Below the pieces are notes generated by a model. It was not told the origin of the DNA and ran no database searches. It saw nothing but the letters and a program-made list of their open reading frames with translations. A stretch of DNA of 57,599 nt, filler included, from Platydemus manokwari (taxonomy: Eukaryota): assembly GCA_037951405.1 (NCBI GenBank). It is 5 parts of 5 records of this genome, joined end to end, with 100 filler letters (N's around TTAATTAATTAA, not from the genome) between each part and the next. Parts side by side here need not be neighbours in the genome. Positions count along the whole stretch, not along the records: positions 1 to 10,294 come from JBBMOY011147771.1; positions 10,395 to 23,545 come from JBBMOY011822501.1; 3 more parts are not named here. One strand, given 5' to 3'. Of this stretch, positions 1 through 13,369 are shown in pieces. Numbering within the stretch: the first letter of the stretch is position 1; each line of letters begins with the position of its first letter. Made by a program: the position numbers and the translations under genes.

Positions 1-200
1 TTTACAATCATTGCTTTATCATGAATATTTATATATATTATAAATTATAAATAAAAATGTCTTTAAATATAAATAAATCTAAATATAATCTATGATTTAT
101 TTAATGTGATATTATAAGCTTCACATTTGTTATTATATTGATTATAAAAATTAATTAATAAAATAAATCCAATATCTAACAGAAAATAAATTAATTTTAC

Positions 201-449
201 CTATCTTTCGATAATTTGGTTTACCATTACAGAAATTATAGCTGCAACATAACATTGAATCCATTTCACTGTTGACTGCAACTCTGCAACTTGATGAGCA
301 AAGCTTCTTAATTATATCACGCTTTGTTTTATTGATCCGTTTAATTGTTGTTATGCAGAATGAACAATTTTTTCGATATGATATTGATGCATCTTTATCT
401 TGGCAATTATCACACACGACGCAGCTGATGTTTCTTGATGTAACCGGAG
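201..449 (-). CDS. Third Ly6/uPAR (LU) domain exon, intact; the gene probably continues toward or beyond the left edge
   Basis: tacag acceptor, gtaaaa donor, 249 nt, phase 1-1. Translation PVTSRNISCVVCDNCQDKDASISYRKNCSFCITT...KLCSSSCRVAVNSEMDSMLCCSYNFCNGKP; overlaps track ORF 151..417. Confidence 0.8.
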
Positions 450-707
450 CTGTATTTGCAAAGATATATTTATAATTTCAAAAATAATTTGTTAAACATA
501 AAATATAAAATTATATATAATTATTTCATTGTAATTTATTATCATTAATGTTTATCAAAGCTTATGACTGGTTTGTTTTTTAAAAGAAAATTTTAATAGA
601 TTGAAATCCTAATTTTTGTCTAAAAATCTATGAAAAATTTAGATTTCAGGTTTAATTGATTTTCTATTATAAAATGTGAATAATATTTATTGTTTATAAA
701 TAATAAC

Positions 708-931
708 CTTGAAAAGTTCCTGGAGTATTTTCGTTGCAGAAATCTGTGCCACAACAAAATGGTTTTGCATTTTTCAATAATTTCCTGGGGATTGAGAACA
801 TTTCAATGAGCAGGATTTTGTGTTAAACCTTGATACACACATTGAGCAATTGGTATTGAATTGAAGATTTAGACTCATATCATTGCAGTTTTGACAAATC
901 CTACACTTGATTTTTGTTTTAATCAGCCAAT
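708..931 (-). pseudogene. Second Ly6/uPAR (LU) domain exon with a 1-nt frameshift
   Basis: AG/GT-bounded 224-nt exon: KCRICQNCNDMSLNLQFNTNCSMCVSRFNTKSCSLKCSQSP, frameshift near the C4 run at ~787-790, then RKLLKNAKPFCCGTDFCNENTPGTFQ. Its length is one nt short of a multiple of 3. Confidence 0.7.
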
Positions 932-1410
932 CTTAAACAATATTGATTTCAATAACTATTCAAAGCTTACTTAATATTTCATTTTCATTGCATCTTTGAT
1001 AAAATGAAACGATAGAAATACTTTATTTGATCTAAGAAAGTCATCAATCCTTTTCAAGAAATTAATTAATTAAGCAAACTACCTATCAGTCTTTTTAATA
1101 ATGGAAAGTATTGTTTGAGTAATGTAGGCTGACTGGAATTTGTTTTAATAAATGAAGTAAATCTATTTGTTGATCTTTGTAAATTTATTTCAGTGCATGT
1201 TGTGATTCATCATGAAGTCAGTAATTTTATTTTGTGAGAATCATTCAGTATTTCTAATGATAAATGTTTGATTATATGTGTTATATATGTATTTTTTCTA
1301 TTATTTAATGAGTAGCTAAATCCATATTTTGTATATTTCATCTAAACACATTTTCAGTTACTTTTCATTCAAAAATGGTTTTTAGACGCTAATTAATTCA
1401 ATCAACATTT

Positions 1411-1909
1411 CTAGAGAAATATCCTTGGTGAGGTGTTGGTGTTATAAAATATTATAACTGCCATAGATATACAATATAAAATAAGTAGCTGAACAACTAA
1501 AAATCATCATTATCACAAAATATTTTACAAGAATAAAATCAAATTTAAAAAATCAACTAAAAATTATATCTCATAAATTTATAACAAACCTTGTGGTATT
1601 TCTTTATTACACAAATTAGTATTGCAGCAAAATGTTCTTTCGGAATATTGTTCATAGCACTTTTGAACACAAGATTTAGTGATTCTTATTATTTTGTTAG
1701 AAATCGTGTATGCTGAGTGGCAAAATGTGCAGCTTCCGTATTATTCCGGTTCCGATCCAACATTTTGACAGTTTTCACAAACGTAACATTTGATTGCAAA
1801 CAGTGATGAACAACCTAGTTTATTATTTGAAATAAAATATTAAAATATAAAATCTTTTAAACTAACTTATTAATAAGAAAGCAGTTAACAAAATCAACTT
1901 GACAATCAT
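1411..1909 (-). pseudogene. Ly6/uPAR (three-finger, CD59-like) gene: signal-peptide exon, LU exon with an in-frame TAA, and a putative hydrophobic-tail exon
   Basis: Exon 1909-1867 MIVKLILLTAFLLI (ATG, gttagt donor). Exon 1814-1590 SCSSLFAIKCYVCENCQNVGSEPE*YGSCTFCHSAY...KSCVQKCYEQYSERTFCCNTNLCNKEIPQ has the 10-Cys LU pattern ending CCxxxxCN, with TAA at 1743-1741. The putative last exon 1496-1411 VVQLLILYCISMAVIIFY...* is less certain. Confidence 0.75.
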
Positions 1910-4900
1910 TATTAAATTAGAATGAATATATTTTTCTATTTTATCTTCATTGGTGCTGTTTATATATGAATTGCAGAAAATATATGTATACAGTAAACAA
2001 TATAATAGGATAGGAAAACTTCGATAAGTGTCATGGACAGACTATAAGACAAACAATTTAACAAACTATGTTTTCAAACACTCGATAACATCCAAACACA
2101 AGAAGCAGAATCGACGCGCCTTCCATTGTAGCGATTGGTCAATAAACATATTATTAATAATAGTCTTTAAGGAAATTGTGGCAATTCTTACAATATCAAC
2201 TTGTAATCTAAATTAGCAACTTGATAATCTTCCCAATACAGATATCATTCAATCAATAAAATGTACAATCATAACAGGTTTAACATTACAAAAATATTCT
2301 TTCAAGTTTTAGTATGATAAAACCAAACATTACCAAATTAATGAACATTTTTCCTTATCTATATGTTATCATAAACTATTGATTATATGTAAAACAGCGT
2401 GTTATTATTTTAAAACCCATTTAATACATGCTTATAAAACACTTTAATTTTACAATGAAATATAAATTCTGGGACAACATATTCCATCTCATACATATTT
2501 TTAAAATATAAATATAAAGCTACTTGGCTTTGTTCTAAATAGCACTGACTGATTGTCGTTGATAAAATAGATTATCAGTAAGTCAAGCATCTAGATGATC
2601 AATGTAGCTAGCATGGTATTTATAAAAATGTTAATATTATTATTTATTACAGTAGACCGTTAAATGGGTTTCTGCTATACTAACGTTTCTATTGTTACAA
2701 ACAAATAAATAAAAAAATATTTAAAATCAAATATGCTGTACGTAACGAAAATTTATGCATTGTAGTAACAAAATACTATTGTTTTGACTAAGGAAATGTA
2801 ACAAAGAAAAATTATGAATGTGAGTAGATGCATTCTAATTTAGGCGCCCATCATATTTGTGGTTTTGTAAGTCATTGTCTAATACAGAAGAATTATAAAA
2901 ATAATCCTTACGTCGAGTTTAATAATTGAAATATAAAAACTACAAAATATGATAAATCATCTTCCTCAAAATATTTGTTACTGGAAAAACTGAGACAATA
3001 TTTTGAATTGATTTATATTGTTATATTGTTGTAACGGAAAAAATATAAAATATTTAATGGTAATTCATACATATAACGTATAATGAAAAACCATGTATCA
3101 TAGAATCAAAATATATTTTGGTTTAATGTAGAAATATAGAAGACATAAAGAAATCTAGAAAGAAGATGCTTTTAAGACCAACCATATAATAATATTGTTA
3201 GCATTTGTTAAAATTAATCAGAATTGCACTAATATTTATAACTGACATTATATAATTTCAATAAATAAATTTGGCAATATTATATTAAATTTTCCTTCGT
3301 ATCTTTTAAATTTCTTTTCTTTATTATTAATTGCAATATAAAATCATTTGGAAAATTTAATTTATTTTTTATAAAATTTCGAAAATAAAACCATCGTTAA
3401 TATTAGAAAATCATTGAATTTCATTTTATTTTGACTATATTCTGTGAGACTAACTTTGACATTGAAAACCAATGGGTTATCGAACGCAGTCTTATATGAA
3501 ACTTAATGAAATAATGATTTGGCACGATATACAATATCACTGATTAGATTTAATTAAATACAATCAATAAAAAATAAAATGAGATCGTCCACAATATTTG
3601 CAGACTATCTATTTTAGGTTTTTCCGAAATTATTATAATAATTTTTACAATAATAAATTTACAATTGAATCGAATACATCTATATCAAAAGAAAAATACA
3701 AGCATTACAATTGCTTCAACAATTATAAGTTTATAACGAAACTCGCTAGAACATCAAAAAATAATGTATATGATAATGCAGAAATATATTAATATATTTT
3801 AATATGATTTCGTACGATCTTTTAAATTTATGTTTAAAGATTCTCACAGGTATTAGAGCAGTCCTCATGATTTTTATGAAAATGTTTAAAATTAAATTTT
3901 AAATTGCTCCAATCCTAAGGATTATATTGCGATAAGTCAGTGAAAAGAAGATATGTAATTATATGTAATATGCATGAGCACGTGCCAAGTATTCATGTTT
4001 AGATGGTGAAATACAAAAAAATATTCAAACGAAATGAAATACTTTTAAAAACTTATTTCAAATAAAATCCTTATTTGTAAGTGATTGCGTAACATATTGA
4101 AATAACTTTTGTATCCGATATTTCAATTGAAATATATAAAATTTGAAACTTAAGTACATCAAAATCAACATTCTAGGCAGGACTTAGCAACATAAAAAGT
4201 GAAAGAAGAATTAATGCACATACAGCCTAAATACAACAAGTTGGTACCACTAACCTGACACAAATTTATATCTAAATTCATATTAAGATTTAACATTGTA
4301 TGAGTGTATTACGAAACACGATATACAAAACGTTATTGTTTAGTTAACGTGAATGACGACTTCTTTTATATCATATATTCATAATAACAAAACTATTATA
4401 AGATGGAGGAAAATTAGCTGAGTCTAAACATATCATATAGTAATTAATCCACTACTTAGTATTGAATGAAAACGGAATTTAAAATTTTCAATTCTTTTAA
4501 TTAGATGAAAGATTTGAGTTTGAAATTGAATTGATATTATATTTTGTTTATGTTTTTGTTTTAATTTTAATATTATTCCACATTATTTTAAACACCTTCT
4601 AAAGCGAAAGAATTAAAAAAGATTAACAATTGCGTTCGAAATATTGTTGGTGTTTACAAAATTAATGGGATAATTCATTTAAATGATAACATGAATCCAA
4701 TGAATAATATTTCGTTTTCAGTTAATAAATTAATAATAAAATGTAAAATTGAAAGAGCCCAATAATTAGTTGAATCTAAAAGTTAAAAGTTTAACATTTA
4801 AAATTAATTAAAATAACAAATTTAGGGAAAGAGATTAATGATAAAATGATAAATACCAAAAATAAATTGTAATATTAAAATAAAAATTAAAATAAGGTAA

Positions 4901-7900
4901 TAATTTTTAAATAAAATTATTATTGATAAAAATAAATATTAAATAAAAATAATAGATAAATAAATAATATAAAATAATTATTTAATAATTATGGGTTTCT
5001 TAATCATTCAAAAAAATAAAAATAGGAATAACTTCCTAATGTAGGAGGTTATCGATTGAAAATAGTAGTTAGCAGTTCATGCTAACTAGGGGAATGGATT
5101 TTGGTACTAGAAAAGTTCTAAATGAAGGTAATCAATAATTGATTGTCACGCAGAAATAAGATTAGCAATAATAGTGAGAAAACAGAAGACAAATCAAGAA
5201 GATTAATGATTGCAAATTTTAGCTGGAAGAATATTAGAAAATTTTACCAAGGAAAATTTTATCAGGAAAACATTTCATAAAGAAAGACAGGTTAATTTAT
5301 TATTGTTCAACATTTCTTTTCAGTAAAATATTCGAGGAAATTGTTTCCCGAATATTTTATTAATCACAAACTTTAATTGTTAAGCACGTTGGTATTACTA
5401 TAGGAGTAATTAATTTGATCGATTTTTATTTGGTTAACAATATTTTCATAATTCGAATTTTTGTAATAAACAAACGCAAAACTATTTCCAAATTTTTAGT
5501 TTAGAATTCAATATACTTAATCTTAAACGATTCAAATGTTATCTATAATTATATTTTACATATTCAAATGTGCAATTGTTGTGAATTCCAATCAAAATCA
5601 AAAATAAACTTGTGTAATAAACACTAAAAAAGTCTAAACAATATTTATTGAAATACACCAACAAGATTTATCAAATGCATTTACTAATATTATATCCTAT
5701 TTTCAAAATATTCCCTCCATTTTGTTTTTAAGTTATCATTCAAATTTAAAGTCGTCATTGTTTTGTTTTATTATTGAGGTCCCTATTTCAAATTATCATT
5801 TTCTATCTAAGTTAGCTGTATAGTATGCGTGTTATATAGTATGCATGTGGAAAAACTAAGTATCACAGCAAATATATTCGATTGTTTATGTTTAGATAAA
5901 GAAATAGAGAAACATTGAATGAAATCAAAACCCCACAAAAACAGACATCTTGTAATATTTGGATTCAATGAGACATTGTAAACTATATCAGAATTACACA
6001 AATGAGAATTATATCTGATATTACAATTGAAATATAAAAACTCTACAATATATTAAATATTATTTAGTTTCTTTTGCAATTCTGCTATATTTTATATTAA
6101 TAATGCAAGACATATGGAAGACTGAACTTATTGTACGCGAAGCATTAATAATATGAAAATAATCTATTGTTCACCTGTTTCCTAAATTACTTTACAGTAT
6201 GTTTATTATATTTTTGAAGACTTAGAAATTAACTCTAAATAAATCTTATACAGCCACAAAATGATAATATTATGTTTAATATATTATGTTTAATAAATTT
6301 ATGAGACAGAGAAAATATCTCTCGATTAAATTTAATCGAGTGATTATTTTATTCTGTGACATAATTTTCATGCACGAAAATAGATGACAATTTATTTGTC
6401 GTTGTTGATGCGCAATATCTTATTATATATTGATATTTTATAAATTAATTTATTTTAGGGAATTTCGACGGATTTGCTATAGGTGATTTTATTGGTATTA
6501 TTATTTTACGCAAATAATTTTATAAATATCAATATTCTAAACAGGTTTTCGCTCAAAAATTTCAAGGGTTTTAAAAACACAAAAAATACATGCTGATTAA
6601 ATAAAAATTGATACAATAAAAATGAATGTATATTTCATACATATTGTCATGCGAATGTATACACATATTTTTTTCCAATGTGAATTAATTGTTGTAAGTA
6701 ACTTGTTGGTTTAATATGTTCTAATCTTATTATTAGCTCTGATTTGCGCTGTAGATGACTTATAAAATTCTCTAAAATAAACTTAATTTTTGATCGTTTT
6801 TCGGCCTCGATCACTATAAATCTCTTATACAAACGAGCTAAATGGCATTAGGCGATGCTTACTGTAAAAATTCTTTAATTAATCTTTATTCGCAAATACT
6901 CAATTCTCTATTTTATGCCCTCTATAACAGTTATTTACATAAATATTATTGGTTCTATTATTATTTCAGTCTCTTTAATTTTAAACCCGCTATAACCAAA
7001 GGGTAACGTGTTGATATCGAAAGTAATGATTTTACAGAAATTTGAGATGAAACCAGTGACATTCATAACATAATATATAACTTTATAACTCAAACGTAAT
7101 ACTGGTTTTTCTCTCTGCTATTAAATTTATGTTATGCGGCTACTACTGTTATTTTCTAACGATAACTCGGTGATTTGGCTGTTAATGTACATACAATAAT
7201 TGTGACTGCTACTTTAAATAGGCATCGATGAGTCACTCTTAGAAATTCTGTTGGGTATATAGATTACACATTATATTGGTATTACAGCTTACACATTTTC
7301 AGGTCACACGTTATTAATTCTCGTAAATTCATAAATCAGATCACCATAGTGAATTAATTCGTTACCAGGGCAATACATTTAAAGGTATTACTTACTATGG
7401 TGAATATTTAAATATATAAGAATTTCCATGACAATGGCAGAAAAAATGTGAAATTTCTCACACACTCACGGAAAAATTGATATAAAAGCAGAAGCAAATA
7501 GATGAAAATTCCCACAATTTTCTGACAAAAATTGTCAACAGCCTACTAAAATTTACTCAGCAGATATTTGTTCAATTCGAGGAGAAGAATTTTTCTTCTC
7601 GTCATAGATAGAGCTAGATAGAAATGTTGTAATTTTCAAATCAAAAAAACATGCTACTTTTACATAAACATGAATTTAATATAGGACATTGTAGTAAGAT
7701 TTGTCAAAAATAATTAGTGAATTAAATTTAAATTAAAATTGTATATTTTTATTATAAATTGCAAGTTAATATATTTCTAATTTAGATTTTGTTTGAATAA
7801 TACAATATGTCAAACATTTTAAAAGTTCTAGTGACATTTCGACTCTAGTTATTTTATATTGAATATTGCAAGAGTTGAATATCATTAAATTTCAATTTAA

Positions 7901-8699
7901 TTTATGGGTTATAGTTTTGTTTAATCCATGACTAATAGTTGAAACATTTATTTATAATAAATCAATTTTCAGCAACCTCTTACATTGATAATATTAAAGT
8001 TGAATCTACTTTAAATTAAAACTTTAATTATTTAAATTAATGTCCTTAGGTGATAAATCTAGAATTTTGAAATTGATTTAGATTTACGATATGCTAATCT
8101 TTCAGATACAAGTGAGATCGCCGATATTGAAACAATGGGTTAAGATTAATTAGAATTTATCAGTTAAATTTCCTTGTGATAACTTATGAACCATTCGAAT
8201 TTTGATAATTTTTAGCAGCTGTATAATTAATATGAATCATTTTATCGTATGGCTTTTCAAATTTTTATTGCTATATTTACAATATCATATTTTAACATAA
8301 GTCTAGCATTTAATAAACTCAATTATAGGATTGGAATTTTATTACAAAGCTCTTTATTTTTTGTTATAATTAGATTTTTTGGTGAATTTGGTTATTAAAT
8401 AACTTGAATGTCGTTTTATCTTGTTGTAATTGTAATAAATGTAATCTTCATTTGATTTTATGTAGATTAAATTTACATAATAATTTACTATTGTTAAAAA
8501 TCGCATTAATTTTATTAAAAATTTAATTGTTATAAATATTGTAAAATATCGTATTTTTTGTTCTTATCATATGGATTTGTTTTAATCTCTTTTCATTGAT
8601 ATTCTACATCGTGTTGAAAACAATAGGTTTATTTTAGAGCTGTAATAATAATTTCTTTGAATCAAGTCTCCCATGTGAAACTTTGAAATATATCAAGCC

Positions 8700-10294
8700 A
8701 CTGGGATTACGTAATTTGGCTTCATTAAAATTAAAGGCTAAAAAGCTTTTGCACTTGCTTCACTCTATGTTAGACTCTTATCAAGGGCTTAAAAAAGAGT
8801 ATGATGATATATTGATTGCGATAAATGCAAACACTCAACATCAAATATGAAAAAGTTGAAACAAGCTATCGACAATATAATTGGTCCAAGAGCAAGTGGG
8901 AAAATCATGGAGAAAAGAAAACTAAAAAAGAAATCTCCAACTACTTATGACGGAAAGAACATTGATAATACTATGAAGGTTGACCTCGATAAAGAAACTG
9001 ATCAACCTTTAATTATCTCTCCGTTCAAAGAAATTGTCAAAATCCAAGTGAATACTAATCAAATAACGATCAAACAATCTGAACCGAGAGAATAAGAGAA
9101 AGAGACAGCTGACGATCCCACCCCTCGCCAGCCCAAGCCAAGAATTAATTGCATCTACTCCAAGAAAGGTCCCAAGACCTAATATCTCAACAGAAGAATG
9201 CAAAAATAATTGATGGTGTTGCACTGAGGGGGATTCCGGTTCCTTTAATTATGACCCCTCAGTGCCTGATAACCCGCTTTGGTTTACCGGAGATCAAATT
9301 GATGCATATATTAAATCTATTCCTGAAAATCCGAAGATCATATACATCTATTCATATAACACAGAAGCGATTTTGAAATACAATAAGAAATCAACTGATC
9401 TCTTAATTGGCAAGTACAATAATTGCACCAGTCAATGTATCAAATACGCACTGGACTCTCTTCTGCGGACAGATCAACGGCTTCGCAAAAATAATCGATC
9501 CTCTCGGAAACCAGAGTCAGTTCTTACCATTGGGCAAGAAGAGAACAAAAGTTCTGGTAGATACCATTAATTAGTCTACAAACGAGATAATCATGGTCAT
9601 AAAATTACCTAACAGCTTCAAAACTCGAATTTGCCAATCAAACATTGATGACTGCGGACCCATTATTTGTGGCTATGCTGAAAAGATCATGACTGAAGAT
9701 AAGAATGCCGCAATAGACATCGAGATGATTAGGCAAAAAGTAATTGATGTACATCGATCTATAGTCAAGAACTTATCAAAAATCGGTGGAGGTGCCGAGA
9801 AATAATGAACAAGGAAGATTATGTTCTTTTCTCTGAGAAACATATGCGCCTAATAACAACCAGTGAATTTAAACAGAGACGCAACCTAGTCCTTGACCGT
9901 TCATAAGTGAAGCAATAACGAGAAATAAGGTCAAAGATATTATTAATAACCTTGATTTCAGGTTTTTCAAAGATCGAGAACTAATATTCTGTCCAGCGCT
10001 CCTGAAGTTAAAACAATGGATCCTGATGAAAGTAAACGTTAAAAAAGAAACGAACTCACTATTGGTCCCCATGAATGATATTATTACCGATGAACACAGA
10101 CAAATACTCTCAAATGCCAACAAAAACTTGACCATACTATTGTGGAAAGAGAATACTTTAAAGGAGGAAGACCAAAACCAAAATAGACTAACCCAAATGC
10201 AATTCGGAGACAGTGGTCCAATTGTGTTTGGCTACATCAGAAATATATGTTCAAACATCAATCTACAAAGAATCAACACCAGAATAATCAAGGA
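8700..10294 (+). mobile_element. Degenerate 5' part of a Ulp1(C48)-protease-carrying element, probably a NeSL-clade non-LTR retrotransposon, with two tandem Ulp1-like domains
   Basis: Stitched across frames: WFTGDQIDAYI ... IIAPVNVSNTHWTLF (His 9449) ... IIDPLG ... QSNIDDCGPIICGYAEKI (Cys 9653). Second copy: IFCPALLKLKQWILM ... QMQFGDSGPIVFGYIRNI. Intronless with stops and frameshifts; truncated by the gap at 10295. No RT is visible, so the clade is inferred. Confidence 0.6.
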
Positions 10295-10394
10295 NNNNNN
10301 NNNNNNNNNNNNNNNNNNNNNNNNNNNNNNNNNNNNNNTTAATTAATTAANNNNNNNNNNNNNNNNNNNNNNNNNNNNNNNNNNNNNNNNNNNN
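10295..10394. other. Assembly gap with artificial TTAATTAATTAA linker
   Basis: 44 N + TTAATTAATTAA + 44 N. Confidence 0.97.
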
Positions 10395-11099
10395 CATTGA
10401 GAGAAATAATTATTTCATTAACGAGTGAGATTCTTGTATTCATTACTCAAAATATTGCTCGAAAACCCATGTAAATGTTGCTGAACAGGATTGATAAATA
10501 AATTTAGTTTGAGTTATGATTTTCTTCACGATTGTATCAATTCAATACGAAATATAATTGTTATGAAAGGATAAACTTGTGTTGTGGGATGAATTGGGAT
10601 TTGTGAGAAAATTGTATAAAAGTATTTCATTTATCAAACAAAAGATTAACAAAAAATTCTAAAATTGATAAAAATATATTTATCAGATATCGATTTGATT
10701 TAAAATTATTCTGATCGAATCAGACATTATTTGAACCTCTCTAAGAATATTATTTTTTAAACAATATTCTTTTAAATTTAAATCGTTAGCAAATATTTAT
10801 TGGATTAGCTACAGCAACCAGCTACATCGTGACATGAAAATATATTTACAAACACCTCATCAGCTTTATACAATGTTCATATTTTTCACAACTTTAACTT
10901 TAAAAAAATTAACTCAGTACCTTTATGTTGGATTTATCCAACTGTCTATTTTGTTATCCTGCATGGAACGTATTTAGATATGATCTAGTATCTGATACGG
11001 TTTCTGATTAACAATCATTTCTGGTTGTGCGATCCGGTTTGGCTATGTATAATTGATACGATCATGTACAATGAACCTGTTGATACATTTATATATACG

Positions 11100-11940
11100 A
11101 TAAAAACATATAAAGCAAGAAAATAAATTAAATAATGGAGTTTAATACAATAATTCCAAGTGGCAGAAAAAACAATAATAAAGCTATAAAATCCTCTCTA
11201 GCTCGCTCGTAAAAGCGTATTAAATCAATAAATGCAATTTTGAAAAATTAGATGACAAACATAGGAACTCTTTTTCTGGGTAATGCGTCACAAATATTTA
11301 ATTGAAGAGAATTGATAATAAGAGAATTTTGATTTCAAATTTATTTCAGTGGTTTCGATAGATCAATATCTCAAGGAAATAAATTTCAATACTGGTGTTT
11401 CTCAAATAAAATTGATGTTGAATACTATGGCATTCATTGTCATGGTGAAGTTACACCTAGAGAACATTTATTTAGGACTCTATTTGAGAATATGTTATTG
11501 ATTTGTATTGAAAGTTTTAGTTTCGTGCTTATTATGGAAAACTCTGTGATATCTTGAGATAAGGTAATGCTACTGATAATGATGATCAACCGATTTGACA
11601 GCGAGCGAACATATTGATTTTTGTACAATGTTATTGGAACCTATATTCGTTTCACTAAGAAAGTATTGAAAGGTAAGCTGATATCGTCCTATTTTTTGAA
11701 ATTGAGTGTTTCGAGTTAAATTTGTGCGTGACAAAATCCAGTATTGGTAGTAAGTGAGTTATATTTGAAACAATAAAAATTTTCTACTTTAATTTGTCCC
11801 AAATTTAATTAAAGGAACACTTGGACAAACGGAATCACTTATTGGATCAAGTACAATAACGATATTAATCAATCGAAATTCAATTCAAGTCTTTACGAGT
11901 TCATTTATTTGGATTTCAAATCTGTTTCTCATCAAAATAA
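11100..11940 (+). mobile_element. Highly decayed LINE (CR1-like) reverse-transcriptase fragment
   Basis: Frameshifted (W)KxADIVPIF-like motif at ~11668-11700 and FIYLDFKSV at ~11900-11926, resembling the IYLDFSKAFD RT motif. Boundaries approximate. Confidence 0.45.
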
Positions 11941-13369
11941 TAATTTATGTCATAAATTTCTATAGCGAAACCCAATTATAAATGTTGATAAAATCCTTCC
12001 ACAATGAATGTTGAATGAATCCACAATGGATTTCCACAAATATGATCTAAATCGATTTTGTTATTCACACCGATATATTTAAGGCTGGATACAATTTTAG
12101 GCGATGGTTTTAACAATGGATTTCGTCATTTATGACAAACAATGCTGTTTAATGGAATACAAATTTAATTTATGAGAAATTTTATTTGAAAATAAAAGTA
12201 ATTTTTCCCATTGATTGTGAGGTTAATTTAAATATACGTTAAATAATAAAAATTGATTTAAGGATTAAAATTATAAAAATTTGAGTTTGAAGTTTTTAAA
12301 ATATTATATTAAAAATAAATAGAGCATATTAATATTTATAAAAGGATCTTGCTTATAAAATACTATTAAACTCTCAGTTTTAAAATTATTAAAATTTTTG
12401 AATATAAAAATTAAATCTTTTAAAAAAATAAGATGTAATATAAAATGTGAACATTTTCATATTTGGATTACAAAAGAAGACAAATCAGATGGAAATAAAT
12501 TTAAATTTAAAATTTATTGATGTATTGATTAATATATTTTCGTTCTGTTGTAATGAAGAAATTTTGGCAAACTATTAGCTTGATTAACGAATCATTTGTT
12601 TTTGAAACGGCTCGTTTTCTATAGATACCACCTGCTGAATTTTAGAGAGCACATAATCTGCCGCTGTAAAGGTCTTGTAAAATTTGTCTTAGATTTGTCA
12701 ACACAAAATTCACTTTCTAATAAACGAGTATCAAAAACTACAGATTTCCAATTTTAATTTGGGATTATTATTTCAATAATTATCAATTCTGGGTGGCAAC
12801 ATATTTATGTATTCACGATTTTTCTATAATTCACTGTCCTATGAATAAATTTTACATGTAACCCTATTTTTCCACAGTAACGAAACTAAAACACAACAAT
12901 TGTGTATTTAAGCAGTAATAGCTATATTCACAATCACGTTAGCTTAAATAAAAGGTTAAAAATACGAAATGCTAACTTAAAGACAACATTAGTGTAGTGT
13001 CTGGCACTTTTACTTTATGATATAGATTTTAAAATATGATCCCTCAAAAAAAATTATACACAAGCTTACCTTTAATGAGTGGGATTGCTTTTTATGAACG
13101 ATTCCATTACACAACGAAATTATTGGAAAATATTCACTTTCAGTAATTGATTATCGATTTAAAACGTAAAAATTATTTTCGTAATGATTTTGTGAATATT
13201 TCCACAATTAAGGATTTCATTAATTTGTGAATTTTCCTCAATCCACAGAGGTACTATTGACACAAACATTTTCCAAATCCAATTATATTTGTTTCTGATG
13301 ATCTTCTATGATTATTAAAGTATACTGCTAGATATAAATCCAAACCAATAAATAATATTATTAATAAAA

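Noticed and set aside
1741-1743. Stop-codon reassignment (TAA as sense)
   Set aside because: TAA terminates all three PLAC8 genes at homologous C-termini, and the 466-codon Mib-like ORF has no internal TAA.
7200-7320. Minus-strand RVT*KCVSCNTNIMCNL, resembling a piggyBac Cys-rich tail
   Set aside because: Too short and stop-ridden; no supporting transposase core or paired TTAA-flanked TIRs.
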